Source: Perkinsus olseni
Lineage: Eukaryota
Reading direction: 5' to 3'
Length of the DNA: 55,134 nt
Assembly (NCBI GenBank): GCA_013115125.1
Contig: JABANN010000188.1
Coordinates: 1 to 55,134, forward strand
Positions 12,365 to 21,238 of the stretch are shown here, piece after piece; positions within the stretch are counted from its first letter, which is position 1; each line of letters begins with the position of its first letter. The position numbers and the translations under genes were made by a program. A model generated the notes under the pieces. The model did no database searches. It was not told the DNA's origin and worked only from the letters and a program-made list of their open reading frames with translations.

Positions 12365-12420
12365 CAGCGGAAGCACATTGCTTGTGAAATCAATCCACAG
12401 CGGATGCCGTTGCGTGCACT
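12365..12420 (-). other. Conserved non-coding hairpin element, copy B (about 43 nt downstream of the stop of transporter 12463-13794)
   Basis: + strand CAGCGGAAGCACATTGCTTGTGA-aatcaat-CCACAGCGGATGCCGTTGCGTGCACT, near-identical to 9878-9937. Confidence 0.75.
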
Positions 12421-12462
12421 CTCTTGCGGTCTCGGCAAAATCCTCATCATCAGAGCTGCTTA

Positions 12463-13794
12463 TCAGCCCCTCTCTTGATAGAATTCAATAGCGTCTAGAA
12501 TCGCTATGTACGTCCCTAGGAGGAAAGCGACAAGGCCAATGATGATCATGGCCCAATAATAGATTCTGTCCCTTATGTACACCGCACCACCATCAAGTTT
12601 TATGTTGAACGCAGCCGGGCCCAGAAAGCAGATGATAGAGCCAGCCAGGGCTCCCACCAGCCCTAGAATCACGTTCACGTCCGGCAAGGCAAGAGCGACG
12701 GCAAAGGCGAGTCCCACAGTGACGGTCGACACGACCATGCCGATGAGAGTCCTGTACTTCTTGGGGCGCAGCGAGTGCAGAACTGTGATTCGTACAGGAT
12801 AGATGTTAAGAGGGAACGTACCAACAATCGCTACAGCCATCATTAAGAAGGCAGCGGCGATGACGGGGTCTCCACTGTTCAGCCTAGGGCCCAAGCTCGT
12901 GAGAATGTTCGACTCGGTCAATGCACCGTATGCCACGAGAAAAAGAGATCCTTCCACTGCATAGACGACAAGGACGGAGAGAATGCTGATGAGCGTCACC
13001 TGACGCATGTTACGAGGGGTGGCAACCGAGAGCTCGGTGTATATCTCCGGGATGTTGGGCTGGTTGGCGAAGGCAAATATGTACGTGTTAAAGGCGCTCA
13101 CCAACGACGACAGATCCATGGGCTTCCACAGCATGTCGGAGGTGAAGCTCGAGGCCACACCGTAGCGTGCCAGCACATATACCGAGGTTATGGCGAGGAA
13201 GCAGGCACAGAGGGAACCGGTGAAGGTGAGGTAGCGGATAGAATCAATGGTCTTCATCAACGACACTGGGAGTAGTACCACCACTGTTACCAAAATACTG
13301 AAGTACAACCTGTTGGTCAGGAGTACGGCGTACCACTCCTCGGGGTTGTCCCCGAAGGCATGTACTGTGACAGGCCTCACAATGTCGTAGATGGTGACTA
13401 TGTATACGGCGCTGGTACCGAAGCAGAATACAAACATCGCCAGCTGGTAGAGGTAGCACCAGCGGCGTCCGAAGAGCAAATCTACTAGCTCCTCGTATGT
13501 ATCCTTCCCACTCTTGTGCACCGCCCTCACGATGAGCCCTAGGGACAGGATTGATAACGCGGCCATGACAACGAGGAGGACAAGGCCGAGAGCAACCCCA
13601 GCTGAGAGCATCGTGAAGGGCAGAGAGAGAGCCCCGGCTCCCAATGTAGCCTTCATGATGTTGAAGACAGCGGCTATCTTTGAGCCGGCCGGAAGGAGGT
13701 TGGTCATCCGGTTCCAGAAGGGCCTACCCTTCATCCCCTCGCCACACTTGGGAGACTCGAGCCCACCGGAGTGTGCCGAATCCGTCGTTTTCAT
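12463..13794 (-). CDS. AAAP (Aa_trans / SLC38-like) amino acid transporter, tandem paralogue, intronless
   Basis: Motifs FNIMKATLGAGALSLPF, TYEELVD, FAFANQPNIPEIY and FPLNIYPVR. First ATG (MKTTDS) at 13794. Confidence 0.93.
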   Translation of the reverse strand: MKTTDSAHSGGLESPKCGEGMKGRPFWNRMTNLLPAGSKIAAVFNIMKATLGAGALSLPFTMLSAGVALGLVLLVVMAALSILSLGLIVRAVHKSGKDTYEELVDLLFGRRWCYLYQLAMFVFCFGTSAVYIVTIYDIVRPVTVHAFGDNPEEWYAVLLTNRLYFSILVTVVVLLPVSLMKTIDSIRYLTFTGSLCACFLAITSVYVLARYGVASSFTSDMLWKPMDLSSLVSAFNTYIFAFANQPNIPEIYTELSVATPRNMRQVTLISILSVLVVYAVEGSLFLVAYGALTESNILTSLGPRLNSGDPVIAAAFLMMAVAIVGTFPLNIYPVRITVLHSLRPKKYRTLIGMVVSTVTVGLAFAVALALPDVNVILGLVGALAGSIICFLGPAAFNIKLDGGAVYIRDRIYYWAMIIIGLVAFLLGTYIAILDAIEFYQERG

Positions 13795-14485
13795 GGAAGA
13801 ATCGAAGCGAAAAAATCTGAGAATATACGACACCGATATCGCGCTGAGCCAGTCGACACACGAAACGCTCTCGACCTGACACTAAGTCCCTACCGTGATG
13901 ACTACAGGGCATCATCGACATCGGGATAAACCATTGGGCAGCGAGAGTGATGCCAACTACAAACGAGATACGACAAGACGAGCCTTATTCGTCAGCCGAC
14001 TATTTAATAGCGGCAACAGCACGCCTATGCTACGCTTAGCTCGCCACGCCCACGCGTGCCAGCGGAGCGGTCATCGAAATCTTCATGGGAATTAGAATGC
14101 CTCCGATACATTAGCCCTTCCCGCCAGTCTTGTGATAACGTAACATACTCCTCGGCATCACAGATGTGCTCGATCGGGCCACCTACGGTCGTGACCGGGT
14201 AGCTCGAGGCCCACGCCGGGCGGACCAAGACCAACTCGAGTGTCGGCCCGACGGGGGTGCTCTTGCGCTCCGGACGGGAGGGGGTGGCTGGTGCCCTCGA
14301 CCGTGTGCATGCGTGCAAGGGAGACACGAGGCGCGCCACATCCTGCACGGGGTCGCTGCACTGGACATCAAATCAAGCAGTGGCTGTCAACTGCCCGGCG
14401 GGTTCGAAGGCATCGGGGAGCTACAGGCTACCGAGAATGCCACGGCAAGAGAACTCAACCGGTACCAAAACTATCATAGAAACTA

Positions 14486-15649
14486 TCACCAATCATCAGT
14501 GAGATCAATAACTGCTGTTAATTCGCTGGGCTCACTGGCATACTTCGCAGCCTTGCTGGGCTTGCAGTGGAAGTAACTCTCCAGCCTTCCCCGGTGATCA
14601 GGGAGCATGATACTCCCAGCCACAGCTGTAACCTGAGCGTCTCGCTCCGCCAACGTCTTCCCAACCGTTCCAATAACCCTCTGCGGCCGTACGTGCTTCA
14701 GAAAGTCCACCAGCTCTGTGTAGGAGCTATGCTCGCTATACGGTATCGAGTACAGCACGCAGCCTGGATGTTTCTTACTGCGCCAACAAGATTCTTTCCG
14801 AGTCCAGCCAGTGCAGCGAAATCCAACCACCTTGCCGTAGCCCGCCTCGAGAAAGTCGGCCAGGGTGTCGGGCGAATTCCCAACTCGGCCCATGGTATCG
14901 AAAACCACCCCACAGTCTTCCTTGTCCGCGATCAGCCTCTCCGGAATCGCTCCGCAAATTGCTACGATCTTCCGTCGATTTTTGGGTATGAAAATTTTCT
15001 TCCCAAGGACCTCGCTTATCCGCACCGCACAGGATTCCTTTCCCAGCCTGTAACCCCCAACAACAAAAATAGTACCCGACTCGTTCTCTCTACCAACAAT
15101 TCTAGCGATCATATCCAAAGCGTCCTCCCTAGGTGGATGGACGAACCGCCTGTCCGAATACGTTGTATCTAGCCATACTGTGTTGATAACGCCATTACCG
15201 GGGACCGTCTTCAGGAGGGAGCTCGAAGCCCGGAAATCTCCCGTGTGAAGGCCCATCCAGTCACCAGCGCCGCAGAACAGAAACATGACCGCTCCTGGGC
15301 AGTGATTAGCATCAATACAGGTCACCTGTACTCCCCCAATCTCGGTCGGCCGGCCCATTTCCAACTTCACGACTCGGGAGCCGTCAACGCCGATAACCTG
15401 GGTCACCAGCTCTGCCGTGATCGGCGAGCAGTATATGGTTCCCTTGCAAAAGCCCTTCGCAAGACCCCAAGTATGGTCCCCATGAAAGTGAGTTAAAAAA
15501 TACGTGCTGCTATTCTGACGCAGCCTTACAGGTACACCAAAGCCGTCCACTATGAAAGCCTCCGTTTGCCCCGGGATCTCCGTTATAACCTTATACGCCC
15601 ATTCCCTCTTCTCCTTCTCGAGGGATGATGCCGAGCGCTTGGGAGGCAT
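14486..15649 (-). CDS. SNM1: SNM1/PSO2/DCLRE1-family DNA cross-link repair nuclease (metallo-beta-lactamase + beta-CASP), intronless
   Basis: Motifs FLTHFHGDH, DANHCPGA, LHTGDFR, LDTTY and IPYSEHSS. Likely start MPPKR at 15649, although the frame stays open to ATG 16099. Confidence 0.9.
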   Translation of the reverse strand: MPPKRSASSLEKEKREWAYKVITEIPGQTEAFIVDGFGVPVRLRQNSSTYFLTHFHGDHTWGLAKGFCKGTIYCSPITAELVTQVIGVDGSRVVKLEMGRPTEIGGVQVTCIDANHCPGAVMFLFCGAGDWMGLHTGDFRASSSLLKTVPGNGVINTVWLDTTYSDRRFVHPPREDALDMIARIVGRENESGTIFVVGGYRLGKESCAVRISEVLGKKIFIPKNRRKIVAICGAIPERLIADKEDCGVVFDTMGRVGNSPDTLADFLEAGYGKVVGFRCTGWTRKESCWRSKKHPGCVLYSIPYSEHSSYTELVDFLKHVRPQRVIGTVGKTLAERDAQVTAVAGSIMLPDHRGRLESYFHCKPSKAAKYASEPSELTAVIDLTDDW

Positions 15650-16266
15650 CACCTGTTGAGAAGCCTGAAACAATGCCGAATGACAAGGGTTCAATATTGG
15701 TATAGCGAGTAGTGAGGATCCTCGTATGACCGCTCGAGCATAGATATTGTGTAAAGGTATTGAGATACATATTATAATAATATAGAGATATGATATTTTC
15801 TTGGTTACCTCATTCATAGGCGTTTCAACCCATCTAGATTTATAAGGATAGTATATTATACGTATCAGCTCATGTAAGCCCGCGTGGCCTGTCATAACCA
15901 ACATTGACAAGGCATGCTCGATCGAGTGGGGAAATTTGATGACCCCTTCGAGGTGACCCGAAGTGACTTGGAAGTGCCGCACTGAAACTACCGCCTCCTC
16001 CACTTCTTCCGCACGAAGGAAACCAAAAAATGTATCGTACGCGAATCTCGCCCATCCCATAGGATTCCCCCAAACGTGAGATTCACTAACACAAGCCATT
16101 AAGGTGATAGTATAATTATTTCAGGAGGCATAGTTGCAAGCCAGGCGAATCGGGCCGAAAACCCGTAATATTACTAAACAACACACTGTTCTGAATACCT
16201 CTAGAGTGACCCGAAACTGCCTCCTTCGGGACCCCAGGCATCGCCTGCTGATGCAGTAGTCCTAGC

Positions 16267-17241
16267 TTACGCGGACTTCAAGAGAGCCTGACGCTGCTTC
16301 TCCTTAGCCCTGTTATCAAGAGTCTCCTGGAAGGCCTTCCACATAACAGAGAAGAACATACCCTGAAGACCGTTGGTGAGGATACGAGTAGCAAGGCCAC
16401 GGCCGAAGAGTCCGGCGTAACCATCCTTGGCAACGATATTCCTGACAGCCTGGGGATAGGTGAGAGGCACCTGGGAAGTCTGCTTAGTGGTCTTGAGCAC
16501 CCTAAGGGAGTTCGAAATGCAATCGGACACGAAGGATGAGCAGAAACCGAGCACGGCGTTACGCACATATTTGCCATACTTGAAGTTGAAATCGGGCAAA
16601 TGAGCGTTCAGAGTGTTATGGGTGACGAACCACGGGTAGTGGCCAACCCAAGTGGCGGCCATGGCACCGAGAGTACCGTGCCACAAATTGGAGATACCGT
16701 GAGTCTTCACCTTGTTCATGAGGACCTTCATACCAGCCTCGCCCTCGACCTGCTTGGTGGTCTTCCAGGCATCAATAGGCATGAGGAAGGCACGGAAGCA
16801 TGCGGCGCCGCAAGAGGCGAAGGCAGTCTTGACACCGATGGGCATGTTCTGAGTGGCCTGAGTGTTATCCAAGAGAGCCAATACTCCAACGTTAGCGGCG
16901 GTATCGCCGAAACGAGACATGGGGGCCTGGATCAGGGCGGGGACAAGACCGCGATAGAAACGGGGAATGCCACCCTCGGCGTAAAGCTTCTTGAGGACCT
17001 CACCGAGGTGACCACCATAACGGTACTGGTAGTTCATAGTGGTACGCATCCACATGAGGGCGAACACGTTAACGACCTGGGCGGAAGCACCAGCGATACC
17101 ACCGCGGAAGGCGGCCTTGGTGGCCTTGTTGAGGACATCGGCGGCGGCGAGCTGCTTGCGCTGCTGTTCCAGAGCAGCAGCCTGGGCAGGCGCGGGGGCG
17201 GCAGTAGTGGTAGTTGTCGCAGGTGCGGCGGAAGTAGACAT
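16267..17241 (-). CDS. Mitochondrial carrier family (SLC25) protein, intronless
   Basis: Three carrier repeats: EGGIPRFYRGL, PIDAWKTTKQ...LWHG and KDGYAGLFGRGL. ATG (MSTSAAP) at 17241. Confidence 0.9.
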   Translation of the reverse strand: MSTSAAPATTTTTAAPAPAQAAALEQQRKQLAAADVLNKATKAAFRGGIAGASAQVVNVFALMWMRTTMNYQYRYGGHLGEVLKKLYAEGGIPRFYRGLVPALIQAPMSRFGDTAANVGVLALLDNTQATQNMPIGVKTAFASCGAACFRAFLMPIDAWKTTKQVEGEAGMKVLMNKVKTHGISNLWHGTLGAMAATWVGHYPWFVTHNTLNAHLPDFNFKYGKYVRNAVLGFCSSFVSDCISNSLRVLKTTKQTSQVPLTYPQAVRNIVAKDGYAGLFGRGLATRILTNGLQGMFFSVMWKAFQETLDNRAKEKQRQALLKSA

Positions 17242-18220
17242 AATATTTAAGGGAGAAAAATGTAGCTTCTGGTAACGAGGAGAGCTAATTCTCACAACTC
17301 GAAACCGATAACCACTTCTCACTCCCTCCCCGAATGGCTTCCAGCACGATGAACTAACGCCATGAGCATTGCCGTACCGCAAAAGAGCAACAACTAACTA
17401 CAGTAGATCACAAGACACACACTTAAGCTTACAGCCCGCTCAACCTCGGTACATAATTTGCAGTCAATTCTACGTTTAGAGCTGTCGGCCAGCCTGCCCT
17501 CTCCATAAGGTGGACTCCTCGAGGCCGAAAGATCCATCTACAAACTGATTACTGTCCGGAGTCGCGGCGCTAGTAAGCATCCCATCCCTAGCTCCGGACC
17601 GCAAGATTTCACGCAAAAAGCGCACGCCCCAAAAGCTGCAGGCCAGAAGCGCATGTCAGAATGGTATGCACGTCCCAGTCCCGAACTGTTCGCTAGGAAT
17701 TATCACAGCATTATTGGATACGATAGGCGCCCCCCTGAGGAGTAATAGAGAAAAAATACTCCCACGGCGCCTGAGCTGTCAGCGTGATTTATGGAGATTC
17801 TCTTGAAATAGCTTCTGGGTTCAACAACCGGCCTACCAGACCGACCTTTACTGGGGCCGCGATGTTGGTGGAGGGTACGCCTTGTCCATGCCGGGCTGTA
17901 GATGTGATCCGCCCGAAGCAAGTCAGCGAACGACGTCTTCGATACCTTCTCTATCAATTTGGAAGCCTCAGAGTCCGGGTGCCGTGGCTCGAGATAGTTA
18001 ATCAAGTATAGAGACATACACTAACACAGAAAACTGTCCCACACAGTCTGCAGGCGACTTCATATCAGCCGAGCTAGTTCCCGTCAGTCTTCGCGGTGTG
18101 AATGCGCTGGCGAGTGCATCACGCTTAATGAGAATTAATCCAAGAGAATCTTGCTGTCCGAATGACTTCGTGAGATGACCCGAGAGTGCAACCTTCGTAG
18201 CTCCTCTTGATTGTGGGTCA

Positions 18221-19869
18221 ATGCCCGAATCGATTTCCTCCGAGTTGCCGGTGGATGTCCCGACAGATTCACTCAAGAAGCCCTACCCGACCGTCAGGGC
18301 TCGAATCAGGCAGCTAATCCTCTGGCACAACCAACAATGGAAGGGCATGCGGTTCCCCGGAGCCGCGCTGTTCTTCTTCAAGTTCTTCTTCCTTGGCTTC
18401 GCCATAGCGCCTAAGGATGTGCCTCGAGACGCCTGGTGGGGTGTTACCTTGACGGCCTGTGCCTGCATGGGGTCGGCCGTGCTCCCCCTTCCCCTGCCGG
18501 CCTTCTGCGTGTTTGTCTTGGCCCTCGCTGGTTTATCAGGGGGGATGACATCCGATGAGATCGTCTCGGGCTTTGGCAGTCCAGACCTGTGGTTCAACAT
18601 GTTCAGCTTCATGACTATAAGAGCCTTCACTGTGACAGGCCTCGGTCAAAGACTTGGCCTTCTTGTTTACAAGTACATAGGATTCAACGTCCTACTGGTG
18701 GCCTATGTTATCTGTGCGCTTGAGCTCATCTTGGCTCTGTTCATAACATCTCCAGCAGTCCGTGCTGTCGGCTTGGTCATGCCCGTACTGGTACCCTTAC
18801 TCGAGCATGGCTACAAGTCCTCTCCCCAACGGGGGACGCAGCGAGAGGTCGGCAGCTATCTGATCCTCGTCGAGATAACAGCCAATGCCTTTACCAGCGC
18901 ATGCTGGCTTACTGGTTACAACGATGTTAACCACTTCATCGCCACTTATCTGGGCGAACAAGGCTTGGACGCGGACTTCAACTTCTGGGCGACTGAGGTC
19001 GCCATCCCTGTGCTACTGGCTGTGCTTCTGGTGCCGTTGATGCTCTACTTGCTGCATCGACCTGAGTACATCCGAGACCCCACCGCTTACAAAGATGCGT
19101 GCGAGCAGCTGAGATCGCTCGGAACCGTCTCCTGCCCGGAAGTAAGCTCGCTGTCACGTCTCAGTAGTTCCCCAGCCAGCGGCTTCGTACGCTCAGGTCA
19201 TTGTGGCTATCATCTATGTTGCCACTTTCGCCCTTTGGGTTGCCGCATCGATGTCGCCTGGCTTCTACATCAGCGATATGATTATCGCTGCCATCGGTAA
19301 GCCGCCCACCCGTCGGAGTTATTGTTCATGCTGCTTTCTGGGCAGGTATCGCAGCCCTCCTAGCGTTCGGCATCATCGAATCCGAGTCGGCGATACTTGA
19401 AGACAAGCGCCCATTTCGGATGCTCTTCTACTACGGGATGCTCCTTTCGATAATCCAAACGGCCGTGGCCAAGGGCTACTGGGCCTATCCCTTCGCTGGC
19501 AAGTATGTTGTGGAATGGTTATCCGACCTACCAGTCAGCAGCTCGGTTCTGCTCGGTTCTTTTGTTATGTACTTCACATCTTATGTTTATACTTCTCCAT
19601 TAGCCCATGCTAGAGATTTCTATCCCCCTATCTTCGAGTCGATGCTCCAAAATGGTGTTCCTGCTCGTCTAGGGTCGAGTGCATTGTCATATGTCACCAT
19701 GGCTCGTAATCTATCACCGTACACTTCCCCGACCAATCCTGCCTACTACGCCCTCGAGTACGTCACCGCTCGCCAGTGGTGGTTCTGTGGGGTAGCATCG
19801 CTTGTATTAAACTACCTGTTCCTCATCTCTGTGGGGTTTTTGTGGTGGCTCATAATTGGCGACTGGTGA
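18221..19869 (+). CDS. DASS-family (sodium:sulfate / dicarboxylate) transporter, similar to CitT and DiT oxoglutarate-malate translocators
   Basis: Three exons joined in frame by introns 19142-19196 and 19297-19345. Motifs PLPL, SGFG, TGLGQRLG, TSPAVRA, LSPYTSP..PAYY and a C-terminal WWLIIGDW* typical of the family. Confidence 0.85.
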
Positions 19870-20807
19870 GTCACCAGTGGTGATTGATTCATCCCTCCCG
19901 CTCGTGGAGGTTAGCGCATCAGCGTTCAACTCCGTTCCGTATTTTTCCTGCATTTCTCCGCAATTTCGGATGGCACTGCCACTGTTCCTAGATGTAGTGG
20001 ATTCGTTACTCTGGACCTAACAGGGTCGTTGCGTCAGTAGTCGACAGACGAGCCTAATGAGGCTCTGCACAATAATTAATGTTAAGAGCAAGCATCAGGC
20101 GTCTCTGAGGGAGTTATTGGCTAACAACTAAACTCAGTAGCGTGGAAGTCGGAAAACCCAGCCTTTTGTCCGCGTTACGTTCGGAAGACAGCTCGTGTCG
20201 CGAATCGATCAGCCGGGGAGGAGACACTCCTATCGTTGAAGTCGATCCGGGACGACGAGTTCTATTCCCGCGCTCACTTTAATCGCTGAGCGCATGTGTG
20301 CCTGGAATCGAAAGAAATTGAAGTAACTGTATTGCAAAGCACCAAAAGCGGAGATAAGCTTATTCACGCAAAGCGAAGATAGTGGCATCAGCATGTGGTG
20401 GGATGTTGCGCACTTCGTGTGTGTGCCGCACACAGTGCGCGTGCTTACCAGATCTGTAGCGCGCCGCGGCTGGTGTAGTTGGTCGTCGTCCCAGCTCTTT
20501 CCGCCCTCCATAGCCACTCCTCTCGCTAACTACTTAACCTTAGGCCTCTTACGGTTGTGTGCACTGAATCTGAGCACTCGAGTCCTTACTAGTTCTACCC
20601 GACACGAACCCTATAACAAGCATCGCGGAAGTTACTTCACACGATGCACGCATGCTCGTGGCGGAGCGGCTCACCTGTATATGCCCTGTAGAGAATAAGG
20701 TAAGGGCGCCTCACATGCGGAGCTGAGGGGAAGAGATACAGTCGACGTCGTAGGCGGCCTAATCGGCAGCGCCGCTTCCATAGGCTCGTGCTTAGGCGCA
20801 TGAAAAC

Positions 20808-20855
20808 CGCGTGACGCGTCACGCGAGCCTTTCGTACGTCACTAGCGTGCGAAAG
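20808..20855. repeat. Perfect 18-bp palindrome followed by a 10-bp-stem hairpin
   Basis: CGCGTGACGCGTCACGCG (20808-20825) is self-complementary. CTTTCGTACG-tcactag-CGTGCGAAAG (20829-20855) pairs with one G-T. Confidence 0.7.
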
Positions 20856-21238
20856 CCTTTCGACTTACCGTAAGATCTCCTTGTTTCGCGTGAGCCCGAT
20901 CGCGATGATGGTATGGATTCCACGCAAACGGCCTTTGTGGAAGCGAACGTTTCAGACTTTGCGTCTGACTACCACCCCACACTGTGGGGTCCACAAATAC
21001 GCCGCCGAACTCGAGTCGACTTAGCCGGAGTGCTCCAGTTCACCCTTAGATTCCGGCCCGTCCAGTGGCACGTCGTGTACTGAGTGTGCCAAGGGACTAT
21101 GCCCCGAGATCTAAATGAGGTCAAGCAACTCGAACACCTTCGGGATGGTACGTTTCGTTATGGACCTTGTTTCTTAGAATCTTCTGTCTAAGCACGCCGG
21201 TAGGTGGTTTCCCTGTAGGATTTGACGGTTGATTATAA

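Noticed and set aside
12430-12455. CTGATGA...CGAGAC on the - strand next to element copy B, resembling a hammerhead core or snoRNA box C
   Set aside because: No GAAA, no stem II or III, no matching box D in copy B, and absent from copy A.
13843-13853. CTGGCTCAG upstream of the second transporter as a relict spliced leader
   Set aside because: Only a short imperfect match to the SL 3' end (TGGCTCAAG), expected by chance.
16600-17250. Long antisense ORFs (also 11273-11800, 14567-15172, 31735-32286, 41112-41804)
   Set aside because: Shadow frames opposite GC-rich coding sequence, with no independent motifs.
19862-19878. Inverted repeat ACTGGTGA-G-TCACCAGT over the DASS stop codon, also containing a GTGAGT donor-like site
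   Set aside because: Short. The protein already ends at the family-typical C-terminus, so a further exon is unnecessary.
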